A stretch of 64,000 nt of DNA from Paragordius varius (GCA_964247055.1 OZ176052.1:11408001-11472000), one strand, 5' to 3'; numbered from the stretch's first letter, positions 30,122 to 44,900 are shown. Numbers and translations: made by a program. Notes: generated by a model not told the origin, from the letters alone.

Positions 30122-33100
30122 TGTGCACAAAAAATAACATGATGAAATATAATATTCTGATAGGAAAACGTATCAGGATCATGGTGCTTTTTGTTTTGGA
30201 TTTTACGAGTCATTTAGAAAGTTATTTACACTTTTGTGGTAAGGGCTCCATATCAGAAAATAGCAAAACTTGCGCACATTTTTTACATAAATTTTTTTGA
30301 TGAAAGCTAGAGGCTTTATTTTAAAAAATATCACAAAAATATATCATAAACTACATGTTAAAAGCAAAACAATATTTTCAAAACAATTTGTATTTAAATG
30401 TGGGCTCCAAAAATCCCAAATATATTTGCTCTTTAATGGGTCAGTCCTCTTAAGATAAACCAAAAATGCCGAGATCGCGCCATGAACATTTTAAAACTAA
30501 ATTTTGATGTTTTTTACAAATATACACCAAAATTTTTAGGCAAACGAACATCAAAATTATAATTGTAAAGCGCTAAAGCGCTAAAACTGCTTAACATTAG
30601 CGAATTATAATAAAAGGTTTTTATAATATGTTTAATCGTATTCAACCCGTTTCAATCGTAATATAAAATAATATGAAGTAAGCTTCAGCAAAATTTTGCT
30701 AAAAATAAATTTTTGAAAATATTATGCATTTTTTAAAAATTATTTTTGGTTGATATCAAAATTTAGCATACATGCATAATGTTTATCGCGCAATCCCGGC
30801 ATTTTTGAGTTTATTATAATAGAACAGGCCCATTTTAGAAAAGTAAAAAAATTTAGGACTTTCGGAGCCCACATAAAAAATATATTTTTTTAATATTATT
30901 TAGCTTTTTATAAGTAGCTTATAATATATTTTAGTGATATTTTTTGGATAAGCCCCTAGCTTTCATCAAAAATTTATTTAAAAATAAGCGCAAGTTTTGC
31001 CAGATATTCAGCACTCAAAAGTGTAAATAATTTTTAAATCACTTGTAAGGGCCAAAATCAAAAGCACCATAATAATCCTGATTATATTTTTTAAAATTAA
31101 TATAAATGACAACAGTCTGTCATATCTTGAATGTATTATATGCAAAAATTCATCAGTTGGTATGAAATAGAACCATTATAATTGTATTTACCAATTATTT
31201 GAAAAACTGGGTAATTTGAATTGATTATATCCATATACATTTATATTTATATACCCTTATTTCATCGGGTTCCATGTCTGTAATGCTAACATCATTGAAA
31301 TCGACATTACCATTAACAGCTGTAAAAGTATCTCTTAACTTTACGGCTTCAGGGGTCATTGCATCGTATCCCTCATTCGTTGTTGAAATGCCTCTCATTT
31401 TTTTCTCACTAGCCGAGATACCTGTACTACTAACATTCATTAAACGCCAAACCTAAACATATATATATATATATATATATATGGAGAAAGTATGGAGCTT
31501 ATTGTGAAACATTACGAAGAATGTATATTATGATTGTTTTCTAAAATTTTTGGGCTTCTTTAACTAGTATTAAAATAATTAAAACGAATCTATTTAATAT
31601 ATTTGACTTTAAGGAAATTAGAACCGCCGATTTCAGATCCGCCCTTATTATTTGAGGCCATAATTTTAAAAATTCTACGAAGTATATGAAACTTGATGAC
31701 ATGACCATGTTTTAAAAATGTACGTAAAGATTCATTTAAAAACTAAATTTACAGATTTTTCAGAATTTCTTAAACAATTAAGATATGAAATATTAAAATT
31801 TTGATACAATACTAGTAAAACAATTTTAGTTTTCTTGGCTGGATCATGTTAATACAATATAAAAAACTTTTTGAAAGCTCCATTAATAGAACGATTAGCT
31901 ATTTATCAAATGTAAAATTATTGGATTTTTACTAGTTTTTTCCAAATTTAAAAATAATTGCTGAATAAATATATATAAATGAAATAGCTTTAAAAGGACT
32001 TACCCTAAAAATTAAATCACCAATATATATTTATATATTTAATTATTTTACCTTTGGAATAAAAATCAGAATGATTACAACGGTAACAGTACATTGGCAT
32101 CGGAAAAAGTTGATGAGAAATATGTAATCGGTATGAGTATTGAGCAACAATAAATGCCTATATTTTATCATAAAATAATCATAAAGCATAAAAAATTATT
32201 TAAACTGCATTTTAATTTATATACCTTAGAACATAGGTAAAAGCGGAAACAAACGCTTCAATACAAAGCGAAGTTTTGAGTGCCCAAATTTCATTGATGT
32301 GAAAACGTGCCGATCGTATTTTCCAGCAATAGAACAATCCCAATAATAGAAACAAAAGTTCTCCTATTATAATATTTTTACCATATATGTCGGATTAACT
32401 TTTTATGTTAAATTTAAAGCTTACAAAACTTTTTGATTAAACCTCGATTATCTAGTGGTATTTAGTTTTGACTAATCGATCAAATAATGAAATTAAGGTG
32501 AAAATGAAGCCATGACCAAAATGTTTAGTATTACAGTAAAAATTAATATAGTAAAACAGACAAAATGTAAAAACCAAAAAATATAAAAAATTTTTAAAAA
32601 ACGCAATCATACTTTTTAAACCTTGATATTTCTTTATAACTATATTATTCCAAATCCTGTTAACAATTAATATCTCTATTTCGCAACACAAAACGTGAAA
32701 TTATTTAAATTTAAAAATCAAAGTTTAATCTTTTATTTTTTGTCTGTGTTAATATCAATTTTTACTGTTTCCTAAATGTTTGTTAATGTTTGGTGAATGC
32801 GCAAAATATTACCAATCTCTATAACATAATCCCACCAAAGTGATTTGCAAACGTAGTAAATGAGTTTTTTGTTGGCGATACCAACTTCAAGCATACTACC
32901 CCCTTCCTCACTTATGCGATCTAAGTTAACTAAGGTCCAAGCGGCCATATAGCCAATAATTACAATTAGTATACCCAGGAGATATTTTAACAAATCTTTG
33001 TCTCTAATGTGGATTCTGTGAGCTTTTCTAGACTGAAAGTCCACGTATAATCTTACAAAAGAAAATGGTTAAAATCTAAATGTATACTTGTATAGTTTCA

Positions 33101-36100
33101 ATATAATAGAACCGTACAAAAGACCGAATCCAATTTCTCGTAACCAGGGATTGAGAAAACACAATCCGGTTGATGGCCTTAAATAATCCAAAATAACCTA
33201 AATTTAGAGGAAATAATTTAGTTTATCTTAATCTAATATTCGATAAAAATAAGACAGTGCATACCGTAAAATACAAAACAATAGCTCCCAATAACATTGT
33301 TTCCAACAATACCCAAAGGGCGATCATTATAAGCTAGAAAAACAATAAACATACAAATTATATAAAATGGTGCTGCATGATTTTCCTTGCGGAACTTATC
33401 AACTAATTTATAAAAATTTTCGGAGGCTTATAGAAATTTTAACAAGTTGTCAAAGGGCGCAGAGATGAGAAAATATGTTTTTTATTTTTGCTTATTTTCA
33501 AAACGATATAATCTCAAAATTAGGTAATCCGTCGGTACCATATTTCAGGTGAGTTAATTTTAAAGTCAGAAGACTTACGCATAACTTTTAAACTAAAAAT
33601 TGGTTAATTACATTAAAAACATTTAGTATTAACAAAATTTTATAAATCCATACCTTAACTTTCCGCGTTTTAAATACAAAAACCAAAAGAGCCAACGTCA
33701 TTGTTATACAAAAACTTTGAATGGCTAACGGAGGTCCTCGAATACCAACTCTATATTTGGCAAAACAGGAGGCGGTCGGACAATGTGGACACTTCATGTT
33801 GAGAAAAGGTTCAAATATAGTTTGCTTCTCTCGATCAACCATCTTTGTTTGATTCAATTCCAGCATCATATTGTTAATCTTTTGGGTCAAAACATTTCCA
33901 TTTTTTGCTATAAAGTTATTATCCAGGTGTATTTGTGTAAAGTATTTCTTTTCTGGCGTATTATTTTGTGGATTAATGGTAGAATCCGAATTCCTGCGAT
34001 ATATTTCACGAACTTGAGCAGTTATATTTAATAATTGCTTGTAATAACTATCTCGATATTTATCCATGCTAAAATCCCTTGGCGTTTGCTCATTGATCAT
34101 ATATTTTACCGTATTTATAAAAGAATCTTCAATAACCGTCCCATCTAATTCATGTTCAAAATATGATTTTGGTATTAGAGATAAGTATTCTTTCATTTTT
34201 TCCAAAGCTTTTATATTAACACTTTTACGATATTTGTCTGTTAGCCGATCTCTAAGTTTGTAACCTAAAAATGTTTTGCCTTCAGTCCTGTTTTCTGATG
34301 ACAAATCTGTATTATTAGGCGGCTTATGATAAGAAATTCTTGATGTTTGAAATTTTGTTGACCAAATATTTGCATTACATTTACATGCGTAGTTTCCGTA
34401 TGCGAATCCGCGCTTTTTAGTTATACACTAATAAAATGCAAAGGTTTAAAAAAAATTAAATTTACTATAGAAAAGGATATATACAGTATGTATAATTAGG
34501 TCTCTGCAGAATAGATAACAAAATTAATGTTAAGAAAATTGTTTAAATCCACCCATTAGTTATTTTAAACCATACGCTAGTGTAGCATAATACTGTTATG
34601 CCTTTGTACTATATTTTTAATGCAGCGCCATAAAGACTATAGCCACTTATTAGCTTAATAATAAAAAAGGGTGGTAAATATTATACCTGAGTATTAGGAG
34701 TGCATAAGTGGGTATTTGAAAAAATTCCATTCCCATTTTTGCATTGGTCCACATTAAGGTATCTCATATCCACCAAAATAGCCAGAACAGCACTAAAATA
34801 TTATTGGTTATTTATTTTCGTTAATAAATTGAATAAAAAAAGACAGTCACAATATTTTTTATGTTTATTTTATTCTAACACTCAATTTGATTACTAAATT
34901 TTTCTCGGCCTTAAAGTTCTTGCAAGATTTTTACAGTATTTGACAATTTATAAAAACGATCATTAAAAATATTACATAGGCTTTTTGTCAATAAACGTTG
35001 ATCTGGCATCTCTTTTAGTTGGGGTGAATTTTTCAAATTTTTGTGGTATAACAAAAGTATTGTTGGGATTTAAGGATGAATTTGCGGTAAAATTTTGTTT
35101 TGGATTATCATTCATATAATCTAACATAGTCTGTAATGTTTTATATAGAGTATTGGCACCAGGCAAAATATTTAAAATCTCATCCCGCAAATCAATGATA
35201 TATCTTGAATTTTTATCATTTAAAATGGTATTTTTCATTTCTTGACTATCGGCATTATTCGAATTAAGATATATCTGTGAGATTCGTCGTTTTACATGAT
35301 GAGAAGCGGGTGGGGATATATCTTTTCTCGCCCCATAAATGGGAACAGTATAACCTAATAACCAAATTTTTCCGAGCTTACAATCTATAAAGGGTAAACT
35401 CCATTGCCCAGATGGCATATTTTTATCGAAAATTTTGTTTAAACCGTGTTGTGAAAATCGGTTATTTTTCTCAGATTTTGTTTTAAAATCTTTGTTTGAA
35501 TTATTTCCTTGGTATTTTTGATCAAAATCAATATTGTCATCTCTTGTTTCAAAAACATTTGAACCTCCATCCTGGACTAAAAATTTTGTAGTTCCTTTTC
35601 GTACCATTTTATTGATTTTTGTGTTGGTGGTTAGATGATGCGAATGGTTTAAAGGATATGTGCCATTCTTTTCTTTTGGCTCATTATGAAAAAACCAATG
35701 TAGGTCAACGATCTTACCATCATTACCATTGAATAATAAATTATCATTTTTGGGATCTGGAATTAAGTTCATTTTGGAATTCGCCAATAAGCTGGGAGAG
35801 GTGTGTTGTAACAACGAATCAAAAATGTTGTCATCCAAGTCTACGTATTCATTAAGTACTTGAGAAGTTGTATAATTAGCATTAGAGTTGACATCTTTTT
35901 TAGATCGCGTAATTTGAAGGAAGAATGGTTTAAGTTTACTGATTCTTTTCAAAGCATATCGTTTAAAGGTTGTTTCCTCGCTACTTTGCATTTGTCGATT
36001 AATCCTATTTAATCGAAAATCATTGTGACTTTTACTGTTCTCTTTAAACCACGACCAAAGCCATTCAGCAAGATCTAATTGTTGGGTGGCAGCATTAAGT

Positions 36101-36861
36101 TGCCTAGATAAATTAAGGGATATGATGTCATATGCGTTTTGGGGAAATGTTTCAAAATTTTCGTGTTTTGTTTTCATTTTCCTTCGGCGTTTGAAAGCTG
36201 CTGGTACCCAATCAGCCTTGAATTCAACGCCATATATATTAGAAGAAGGAATAGTGTCTTTGGGAAAAACGATAAAACTCCCGAAAATCCTTGGATCGCT
36301 TAAAACAAGGCTCTTGACGAGTGAATCCATAACATTTTTGATTACCTGGGGAGTCTTTTGTGAGTTATCATGTTTCCACGATTTCAGTCCAGTGAAACTT
36401 TGATTAGACAAAAAATCGGATGTTATTTGCCCAACTATATTAGCCACTTTCGTTAAATCATTGAATTCAGGGTATGATACCTCATTAGAATGTCTCTTTT
36501 CTTCAAAAGAATCGTTGCTAACTAGAGTTCTTAAGCGTTCATATTTGGATAAAGAAAATGACTTACAACTTTTGATTATTTGGGAAGTTACTGATGTGGT
36601 GTTCACATTTGAAATATAAATTGAATATTGTTTCATCCCCTCTATGTAAGCATTGTCTATGAATAGAGCATCGATGTATGGAACACCACAACTAAAGGGC
36701 TTATTTATGGCCGCGTTTTGAGAATAGGTCCGCATTGTTGAGAGCGATTCAGGTTTAGTCGAAAATAAAGCATGGAGATTGCGATTATTATAATCAATAG
36801 CGGTTGCCCAATTGATTATGGTAAAAATCGACATAGCAATGATTGTAAATGCAGATAGCAT
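28131..36861 (-). CDS. GPR158/GPR179-like class C GPCR with enlarged ectodomain and long low-complexity C-terminal tail
   Basis: Signal peptide at 36861. Cache-domain motifs: SDPRIFGSFIVF, GQWSLPFIDC..WLLGYTVPIYG, AILVDMRYLNVDQC..FSNTHLC, RGFAYGNYACKC. The 7TM exons read CPHC..AIQSFC, LLETMLLGA, CFLNPWLREIGFGLLYGSIILKLY, WWDYVIEIGELLFL and FIPK. The cytoplasmic coiled segment reads MEPDEIR..ELKRVYSQLQLLK..ENPHISKRR. All introns traced are GT-AG. The 3' exons are less certain. Confidence 0.88.
28542..28813. mobile_element. Tc1/pogo-like MITE family A, best-preserved copy (about 272 bp, about 33-bp TIRs)
   Basis: TA|CAGTAAAAATTGAAATTATACAGACAAAACGTAA ... TTATGTTTTCCCGTATAATTTCAATTTTTACTG. The CAGT start after TA is typical of Tc1/mariner. 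Confidence 0.7.
30119..31095. mobile_element. Long-TIR palindromic non-autonomous element family B (about 1 kb, arms about 350 bp), inserted at a (TA)n tract in a GPR158-like intron
   Basis: Begins (TA)n|CAGTGTGCACAAAAAATAAC. About 30160-30480 is the imperfect reverse complement of about 30770-31090 (e.g. ATGTGGGCTCC/GGAGCCCACAT, GGTGCTTTT/AAAAGCACC). Confidence 0.7.
32534..32767. mobile_element. Tc1-like MITE family A copy
   Basis: TA|CAGTAAAAATT..CAGACAAAATGTAAAA ... TTTGTCTGTG..AATTTTTACTG. Confidence 0.6.
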
Positions 36862-37406
36862 GGTTTAAAAGTGGAAATTTTACATTAAAATCATGAAAAT
36901 ACTTTTAACACCACATAGATTTTTTATTTTTTACACAAGTCTGCAAATATATATAATATCTTCTTTATGAGTTGCTTTTTAGCTTTCAATAAATTATGAA
37001 AAAACAATAACATCAGATTTAATAGACCTTTAAAAACATATCTACTATACTTTTTTTCTTGTGCACGCCTATTAGAGCTCATTAAAATATTAATATATAT
37101 ATTTCTCTATATACGTTTTATATAAAATAACTAGCTACACATAAAAACATCAATATTGAATATGTGCTTCCTTTAGCGTCTTTGCACCAACCATGTAGCA
37201 CATTATTTTTATCGATCGTTAACTGCACATAGATAAATACACTTATCTCTCATTTAACATAATTACATTTTTTTTCGTTTTTCCCACTATATGAAATACG
37301 GTGGTCAAAAAATTAAGAATTTTTTTTGATCAAAAATTTAATACATATTTTCATAATCGTGAGCTGTACATTTACAACAAAATAAATGTGTGCCTAACCG
37401 TTGCTA

Positions 37407-38472
37407 CCATGTGTATCCATTTATTTACCGGTTTTTAGGAAAAAACATGTAATTTTGAATCAATTAAATATTTTTTCAAAAATACTTAGGTTTCTACCCT
37501 CGCCCATCTCTCATAAATACATGAACGTGCCAGTAAAACTGATATTTGAAGAAACCATTTATCAATCCATTTTCCAACGTCTCTAAATTATTGAATGCTC
37601 TGTCAGGATGTGCCTCATACAATGTATTAGTCATATCTCATATGGCGCCAGCTGTCAGGATCTTTCAACCGATGTGAAAGAATTTTCCATCGAAGCGCAA
37701 AGTGGGGTTTTGCCGAGTGAGACGGATCATTGTCATGTAACAAAGACACTTTGCCATTTTTTTGACCGATTCCAATAGATTTCAATTGATACATGGTTGA
37801 AAGACATTTGTTGCGGAGCGTTGTGTATTTACGGATTTACCGGGTTGCAAATTCATGCCACACAATATCGCTCTAATTCCACCATACAAAGCATCGTATT
37901 TTTAGTAAATAATTTGGCATTGGTGTGGATAAACGGGCGTGATTTTTGCGTTTGGTTTTACAATAAGTCATTTCATTACCCCAATTCGATGTGAAAATGA
38001 TTTTCGTGTGGCTGAATACGAGTCACTGTGTTTTTCGATTTAACATTAATTTGGTATATGACTTATTTAGCGAGTTTATTGATCTTTCCCATTGCTAGCT
38101 GACATCTTTTGATTGTTTATGTGATACATTCATGCTTCTGCCAATTTTTGTTAAGTAGTTGGGTCGTCCACCTTCCAATGTTTAGCGTCTTCGCAGTTGT
38201 GAGATCTATTAGAGCGCCCTTATTCTTTCGCATGAAATCACAATAATATTTTAAAATCACTTGTGTTAGTCAATAGAGCAAGTTTATCATATGTTTCTGC
38301 AAGCAAAGGATAACTTTCCATTTCTTTTGGCAATGGATGCCGAATTAGGCAGCATGTGTGTATGTTTGTCGTTAATGTTAGATAAACAAGTATGCATCAA
38401 ATTAATCGTCTGCCTACTTATTTCTGACGTTTTCTCTCAGTTAAACCGGTAATAGTTAATGAATAAACCTGG
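37407..38472 (-). mobile_element. Second decayed Mos1-like mariner copy (same family as 7179-8329)
   Basis: On the minus strand the left end CCAGGTTTATTC..ACCGGTTTAACTGAGAGAAAACGTCAG matches copy 1, and the right end is TA|CCATGTGTAT..ACCGGTTT at 37407. Transposase remnants include HDNDPSHSAKP and LARSCIYERW. Confidence 0.88.
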
Positions 38473-38996
38473 TAAAACGGATAATTATTATGGTTACATT
38501 AACCAAATATACAAATATCCAAATTTTACACCAGTAGTTGCAACTTTTTTTTTGCCCATCCCCCCTTTAGTAAATCATTAATGTTACATCAGCAAATCGT
38601 AAAAAAATTATATTTTTATAAAACAGTGGTCTAAAAGTTTATGAAAAATTTTTTAGAAATTCGAATTTCCGATTATTTGTTCGAAAAAGATTGTAAACTT
38701 TTTATTGCTATAGTTCTGTTATAAACTTTAAAATTTCAAAGTTTAGAGTTACAAGATTAAACAAATATGGAAATGAAGAAATTTATGTCAGAATATAATT
38801 TATATAAATATACACATTCAACTATATTTTTTGAATTTTCACCATTTTTTATTATATAAACCTAATATGCGGAAATATGAGATTAGGATCTTAGCTAAAT
38901 AAAAGGTGACTTTTTGGTATTTTCACCCCATATATTCATATATGCCATTGTATAAAATATCAAGACATTTATTATTTGATCCTTCTAATCCATAAA

Positions 38997-41316
38997 TTAT
39001 TTTTTATAATTCATTCTAATTTGTTTCAACAATAATAGTTTTTCAATCTGCTTTTCGTCATATTCATTTATATTTATGTTGTTTGGCTGGGGATTTGGCA
39101 GATAAATAGCTAATGTTTTTTGGTTGATTGAATTGGTCCGCAAATTAGGAGTGACCCAAAAATTTGTGTGTAATGTCGGTGTACTGATAAATCGTCGCAT
39201 GTTATTATGACAAACAAATTGTGTGTTATATATATTTTGAGGATTGTAATCATTGCTGGGCGTTAAAAAATTTATGTCTGCTAAATTATGTTTTCTATCA
39301 GGTATTTTTATAGGACTGGGGTCTAAAGCTTTTGAAAATTTTGGAGTTTCATCCATTTTTACCCCAGATGGTTTTTGGTTTGGTGATATTTCTTCTTTAT
39401 GGCTTGTGTCGTCAGATATTTCGGGTAAGGTTGGAAATTCCATTTCATCTGATGCACCATCATTCTCTGAATCAATTAAAGCTTTCCTGCGAAGCTTACG
39501 TTCTAACTTATATTTACGGCGTTTTTCCTTCCATTTTTGATGCCTGCAGTATATTATATTGTAAATGCAACTATTTTAATTGAAATTATTAAATGGATGT
39601 TGTATATAGTATCTAATTCCCATTTTTTTAATTGCAATATAATTTAATAGATTAAAAAATGGTTATTAGACGTGCAATCAACACGAGAATTTTTAATTAG
39701 AACAAATAAAAAAAAGTTAAACCTTTTTTTAAACCATTAAAATATAATTGAATGTATTGCAATAAACGGTTTAATTACAGTAAAAAGCCATATTATTGAT
39801 TATATGGGTTAAATTGTTTAACATACGTAAGTGTCAGAAAGTATGATTTTTCCGTTTTTTCGTGCTTAACACTATTCAAATTGGGGTATCTAAATACCCC
39901 AGGCTGAATTTAAATTATTTTTAAATACTACTAAAGGAAACGGTCCCAATTTAAATTTATACTTCTATCTTAATGAAAATTATATAAAAAAGCCAAAATA
40001 TCTAGATAAAATTTTATTTTGAAAAAAAAGTTTCATGTCAAACTACTTCGAAGCCATTTTTTACAAAATTTTTGCAAAATATCGTGTTCATTTGATTTTA
40101 AAGGTATATTAAAGCTAATTTTTAATTTGAATTACATCTAAGATTGATGGAAATCGAAAAAGTGATTTATTTTATTATTTTTCAATTAGCCAATGTACTC
40201 ATGTTACGTAATTGAAATTTTTACCCTTTGGTTTTACATTAAAATAAGTAATATTAAGTAGTTTTGAATAATTTTTTTATATATTTCGGTTCATTAATGT
40301 TATATGAGTGCAAACGTTTGCCATGGTTTCGATTCCTTCCATATTTTTTAAAGGATTTAATTTTAAACAGCCTGGGGTATCCAAATATCCCAATTTGAAT
40401 CGGAGGACTGAAATAAATGTGTTGTATCCGAGTGTTAAATTTATGGTATAAATTATGTGCAATTCAAATTTACAAGAAAAAAATTGTTTCCGCTTAAATT
40501 GGATTACGAACAAAACATAAAAATATAAACACAAATATTTTTTCCTAAAAACCTTATTTTTTTAATCCTCATTTTTTTATAATTATTACCCATTTTCAAA
40601 TTGCAAAGTTTAAAATAAACATGTATTTGGTAACACAACCAATTAATATTTTACAGTGGTTATTATATATTTTATAAAAAATAAAATTTAAAAAAAGTAT
40701 GATTTTAAAAAAAAATTTGCCTTTATATTTTTACGTTTTGCCCGTATAATTCCAATTGTATTACTCTATAAATCAGTTAAAAGACCCAATGATGAATAAA
40801 ACCGGTGTTAACCATTATATTTTAATTTAAAATTGAGATTAATCTTAAAGTCAACCTTTAAATCAAAGTAATGTTGCTATTACATTAAACTAATTACCAT
40901 TCAAAATCTTCCGCATTGCTGCAATCCTTTTCATAATAGTAAATTTGTTCAACATCCGTTGCATCCTTCCTTTGATCTGACAGAAAATTAACACAATACG
41001 GTTTTGGAATGGAATTATTACCAAGATTGGGGGAACTTCGAGTAACTTTTAGGGCAGGAACAAGGTTTCTAAGTTTGAGTGAAGCCCTTTGACGACACCT
41101 TTCAAGAAAGGCCGTAATTTCATGGTTCACCCGAATTGAAAATCTATTTTCTTGATTTTCATTTACATGATTATCCGAATCTTCGATTTCATCATCACTA
41201 ACTTCTTCAGGGATTTCTTTGGAGCATTCTGCAATATTGTGCTGATCATTAATCAAAGTACTACGATGAGCGGTATTTGTAAAATTGCTATTATCGTTAT
41301 CTGATGAATTATCCAT
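38997..41316 (-). CDS. Orphan two-exon gene (about 320 aa, acidic/basic low-complexity protein), function unknown
   Basis: Exon 1 (41316 to about 40898) ends AEDFE-TG|GTAATT. Exon 2 starts after CAG at about 39543, reads (W)HQKWKEKRRKYKLERKLRRK.. and runs to a stop at 38997. Phases are consistent. No family recognised. Confidence 0.6.
39870..40434. mobile_element. piggyBac-like MITE with TTAA target-site duplication (copy 1), in the orphan gene intron
   Basis: TTAA|CACT ... AGTG|TTAA, with subterminal inverted repeats TTCAAATTGGGGTATCTAAATACCCCAGGCTG / CAGCCTGGGGTATCCAAATATCCCAATTTGAA. Confidence 0.75.
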
Positions 41317-41957
41317 AGAATATTGTAAATCATTAGAATATAGTGATCGGTGCGTGTAAAATTAGGATTTATAAGTGCTTCGAACTCAAGTAATTTTGAT
41401 TCATTTTTATGTGTGCTTGTCTACCCCTTCATACATTTAAAATAAATTACGTTTTAAAAAAGCATTGCACTTTTAAATTCTGATTTCACTTCTCCATAAA
41501 ATATTTTCGTAATGCAAAACGTAAAAAGCAATAATAAATTTATTTTTAGAGTAAAATTTATCTAATGATGTATGGTAATGTAATTTTCACATAAATGATT
41601 TTAAGCAAATTTAAAGACGTCACTGTGGTGTTAAATCACACTGTAGAGGTTTGAGCAGCAAATAGCGTATTGAATACTTATATTTTGGAGATATGAATGA
41701 ATAAAATTTAAAATAATACAAAAATAAAATATTTGTCGCGACAATCGAAGCAGAGTCGTGCTTTGACATGTAAAGAAATAATTTTAAGGATAATATTCAT
41801 TTAATATATTGTATAAAGTTATAATATATGAGAAAAGGTATAAATAATGAATATATGGAAATGCACTGAATATGATGAAAATATTGTTTGAAAAAAACTA
41901 TATTTTAGGCTATGTAAAAAATTAAGCTAGGGACAAAAAAAGACATGTTAATCATAT

Positions 41958-44900
41958 TTATGCGTTTAGAACTGAAGATTCTGTCGTAACTTTATTGTTA
42001 TTATTTGTGGAGACTTGATTTTGTTCATTATTGGTACTAATTTCATCGTTTCTCCCATCATTGGTCAACATAACGGGCTTAGTATTTATATTGGAGTTCA
42101 CAACGCTATTGAAAGATTTTTTAGCAACTAAGGAAGCATCACCAAGCGGTGCATTCTTCTTATTTGAATCAGGCAAAACATCAGAGTTATTATTTTCTTT
42201 CATAAAAGTAGTGTTGGGTGGAGAGATTCTTTGAGTTTCGTTCGTATTAACAAGATTGGTAGTTTCTTGTAAACTATTAGGGTTATTATTATTATTAATA
42301 GTAAAATTAGATATATCACTCAATTGTGACAAATTTTTCTTATGTAAATCTTGTTTGATTGTATTGTTATCACCGTTTATTGATGGAAGAGGAGCGTTTA
42401 ATGTTTTAGAATTAGTACTAGGAATAATATTTGGTGAATTAGTAACGGGCTTAGGGCCAGTTATGTTTAGTTCAATTAATCGTTGAATCATATCTTGAAC
42501 ATGCTCTTTATCGGCCTATTAGAGTATATAAAATAAATAAAAAGGTAATATATTTATTATTAATGTAAACCAAATTATTAGGGTCTTAAAATTATATGAA
42601 CTATCGTTTTATGTTGCTGAACAAGAGATAAAAAAGTAAATTTGTAATATAACTTGAACTTATAAATTTTGTTATACGGGTTATACAAGAAACAACAAGG
42701 GCAATAAAGTATTGTTTTTGTTTTAGAAAATATTAGTTTTTAACAATCTATTTATGCTGATACAATTAAAATTCATAAAAAAATAATAACTTCATTAATG
42801 AATGCAAATCCAACAAGCTCTGTTGCCAATTGCAATGACGTTTCTGTCGTAATTTCGCATTGCAAATTTCGCACAATATTATTCTCCATTTTAAGTTCCA
42901 AAATCAACTAAGCGAAATAATAAACAAAAATAATATTAAATATAAAAAACTGTTACATTTAAATCTAATTTGGGAATAAAACAAATATTATGTAAAAGCT
43001 ATTCGGAAAAATAAATTTTATTTAGACAAACTTAAAAAATTTCTTTCAATTAACACCTGATATTTTGGTGTGACATTATCAGTTTCTTCACGCATTTCTA
43101 AAGTGCCATTATTTCCATTATGTTTATAGGAAAGAATGGATCCCGAAATTACTAAAATTCGATTATATTCTTTTTCTTGCTCGGATGGTGGGAGGAGATT
43201 ATCTGAAGAATGGCTCGCTTCATTATTATACTCATCTATTACGATAATGATAACATTTATGTATTATAATATAACAAAAATTTTTAGTTTTTCGACAAAA
43301 AAATGTATGACCATACGTTAAATATATTTTAAAATGTAAATTTTAATATAAAAAAAATTAAATTATTCGATATTATCGTGTCGCAATAAAAAATAATTTA
43401 CAATTAAAAGTAAAAGTGAAATTCATTTTTAACCTTATCTCCATAACTACCACCAACAAATGTATAAAATTTGATAGATTGTTTTTAAACAAAACGTTCC
43501 CACCATCCAAACTCTCAAAAGCAAATGCAAAATATATTTTACAGACCTATTTCCTCAGTGTTTGTCATAGTAGTTTCATCTACAAAAATTTCACCATCAA
43601 CATCTATATCATCGGTGTATTCCACTCTATTTTCCATCATATTATTAATATTATGAGTTGTCCCATCCCTCATTTCACACGGTTGTTGATCATTACAAGG
43701 GGGCAATAATAATATTGATTCATTGGCAAAATTTGGTTGATTAGTTTGAGTAGGCAAAGGACCATTATTGGTATTTAATGCATTTATGTTACAAAATAAG
43801 CTGTTATTCTCCAAATTTGTGAGCTGTCCTCCTGTTTGAGGTGTGGGAGTTGGAGGACACTTAAAACCATTATTATTATTACTAATCTCATATCCAGCAT
43901 TTAATAATGTGGGATCGTAATAATGTGCTTTACCATTGTTATTGTTGTTTCCATTCCCATTTAAAACCTGATGCGGAAAAAAATGTGTACTGTGTAAGTA
44001 TAAATACATTGCTAATTTTTTTTGTAAAATATTATGCGATAAAAAAACTAAAAAATGTCTTATATTAGCTAATAATATTGCTCTTTACTGTTGAATGAAT
44101 CACTAGCGATCAACACTGTATTCTTAAAAAAACAAATAATTCACAGAAAGTAAGTATATTTTTTTATGATGTTAAATAGTAGAAACCTTTTTCAAAGTAT
44201 CATTGTGATGCAAGATATTAATGCTAGGATTGGTGCCATTCATGAAGGTTTTTCCAACCATCATTTTGTTACAAGCTATTGGTGTACCGGGTCTTGTGTG
44301 TTTTCCATTTTCATGCTACAAAAATATAAATATTAACAAATGAGTAGGTAAGCTTAATAATTTTTTGTTAATCAATGATTCAATAAATTTTTAAATTTCC
44401 AAATACTTAAATAAGAAAAAATGTATTTTATTTTAATAATTATTTGTTAAACAGACCTTATTGTTACCATTGCCGTGTTTTGTTTCAATGTAATGAGCTC
44501 CATTGTTGTTATTGATATCTTGGGCAGCACATGTAATATGAGTGGTTGTTTTAAGAGATGCTTTACGAACAATAGGCGTGTTTTCTATGTTATTATATAA
44601 ATCGTAATTATTTATTTTAATGTTTCTAACGTGATGTAAAAAACGGTTTTTTTATATAAAATATAAACAAGACACCATTATTTTATATACCATTTTTTCT
44701 CCATAAAACCTATCTTAAAAAAAGAAAATAAAGCCTGTTTCGGATATTAAAAAAGAAACAATTAAGTTTTATACCATCAAGCTGTTTAGTGTACGAGGTA
44801 TGATGAGTTGATCCATTTCCAGTGCCCGTTATTGGTTGTGATGAAGATGAAATATCGAAATTAAGGTTATTTAATTCATTCGGGTTAGGTACAAAATTTT

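Noticed and set aside
34903-34914. TTCTCGGCCTT resembling the 5' end of U2 snRNA
   Set aside because: Only 11 nt match. There is no branch-site helix or Sm site, and it lies inside a GPR158-like intron.
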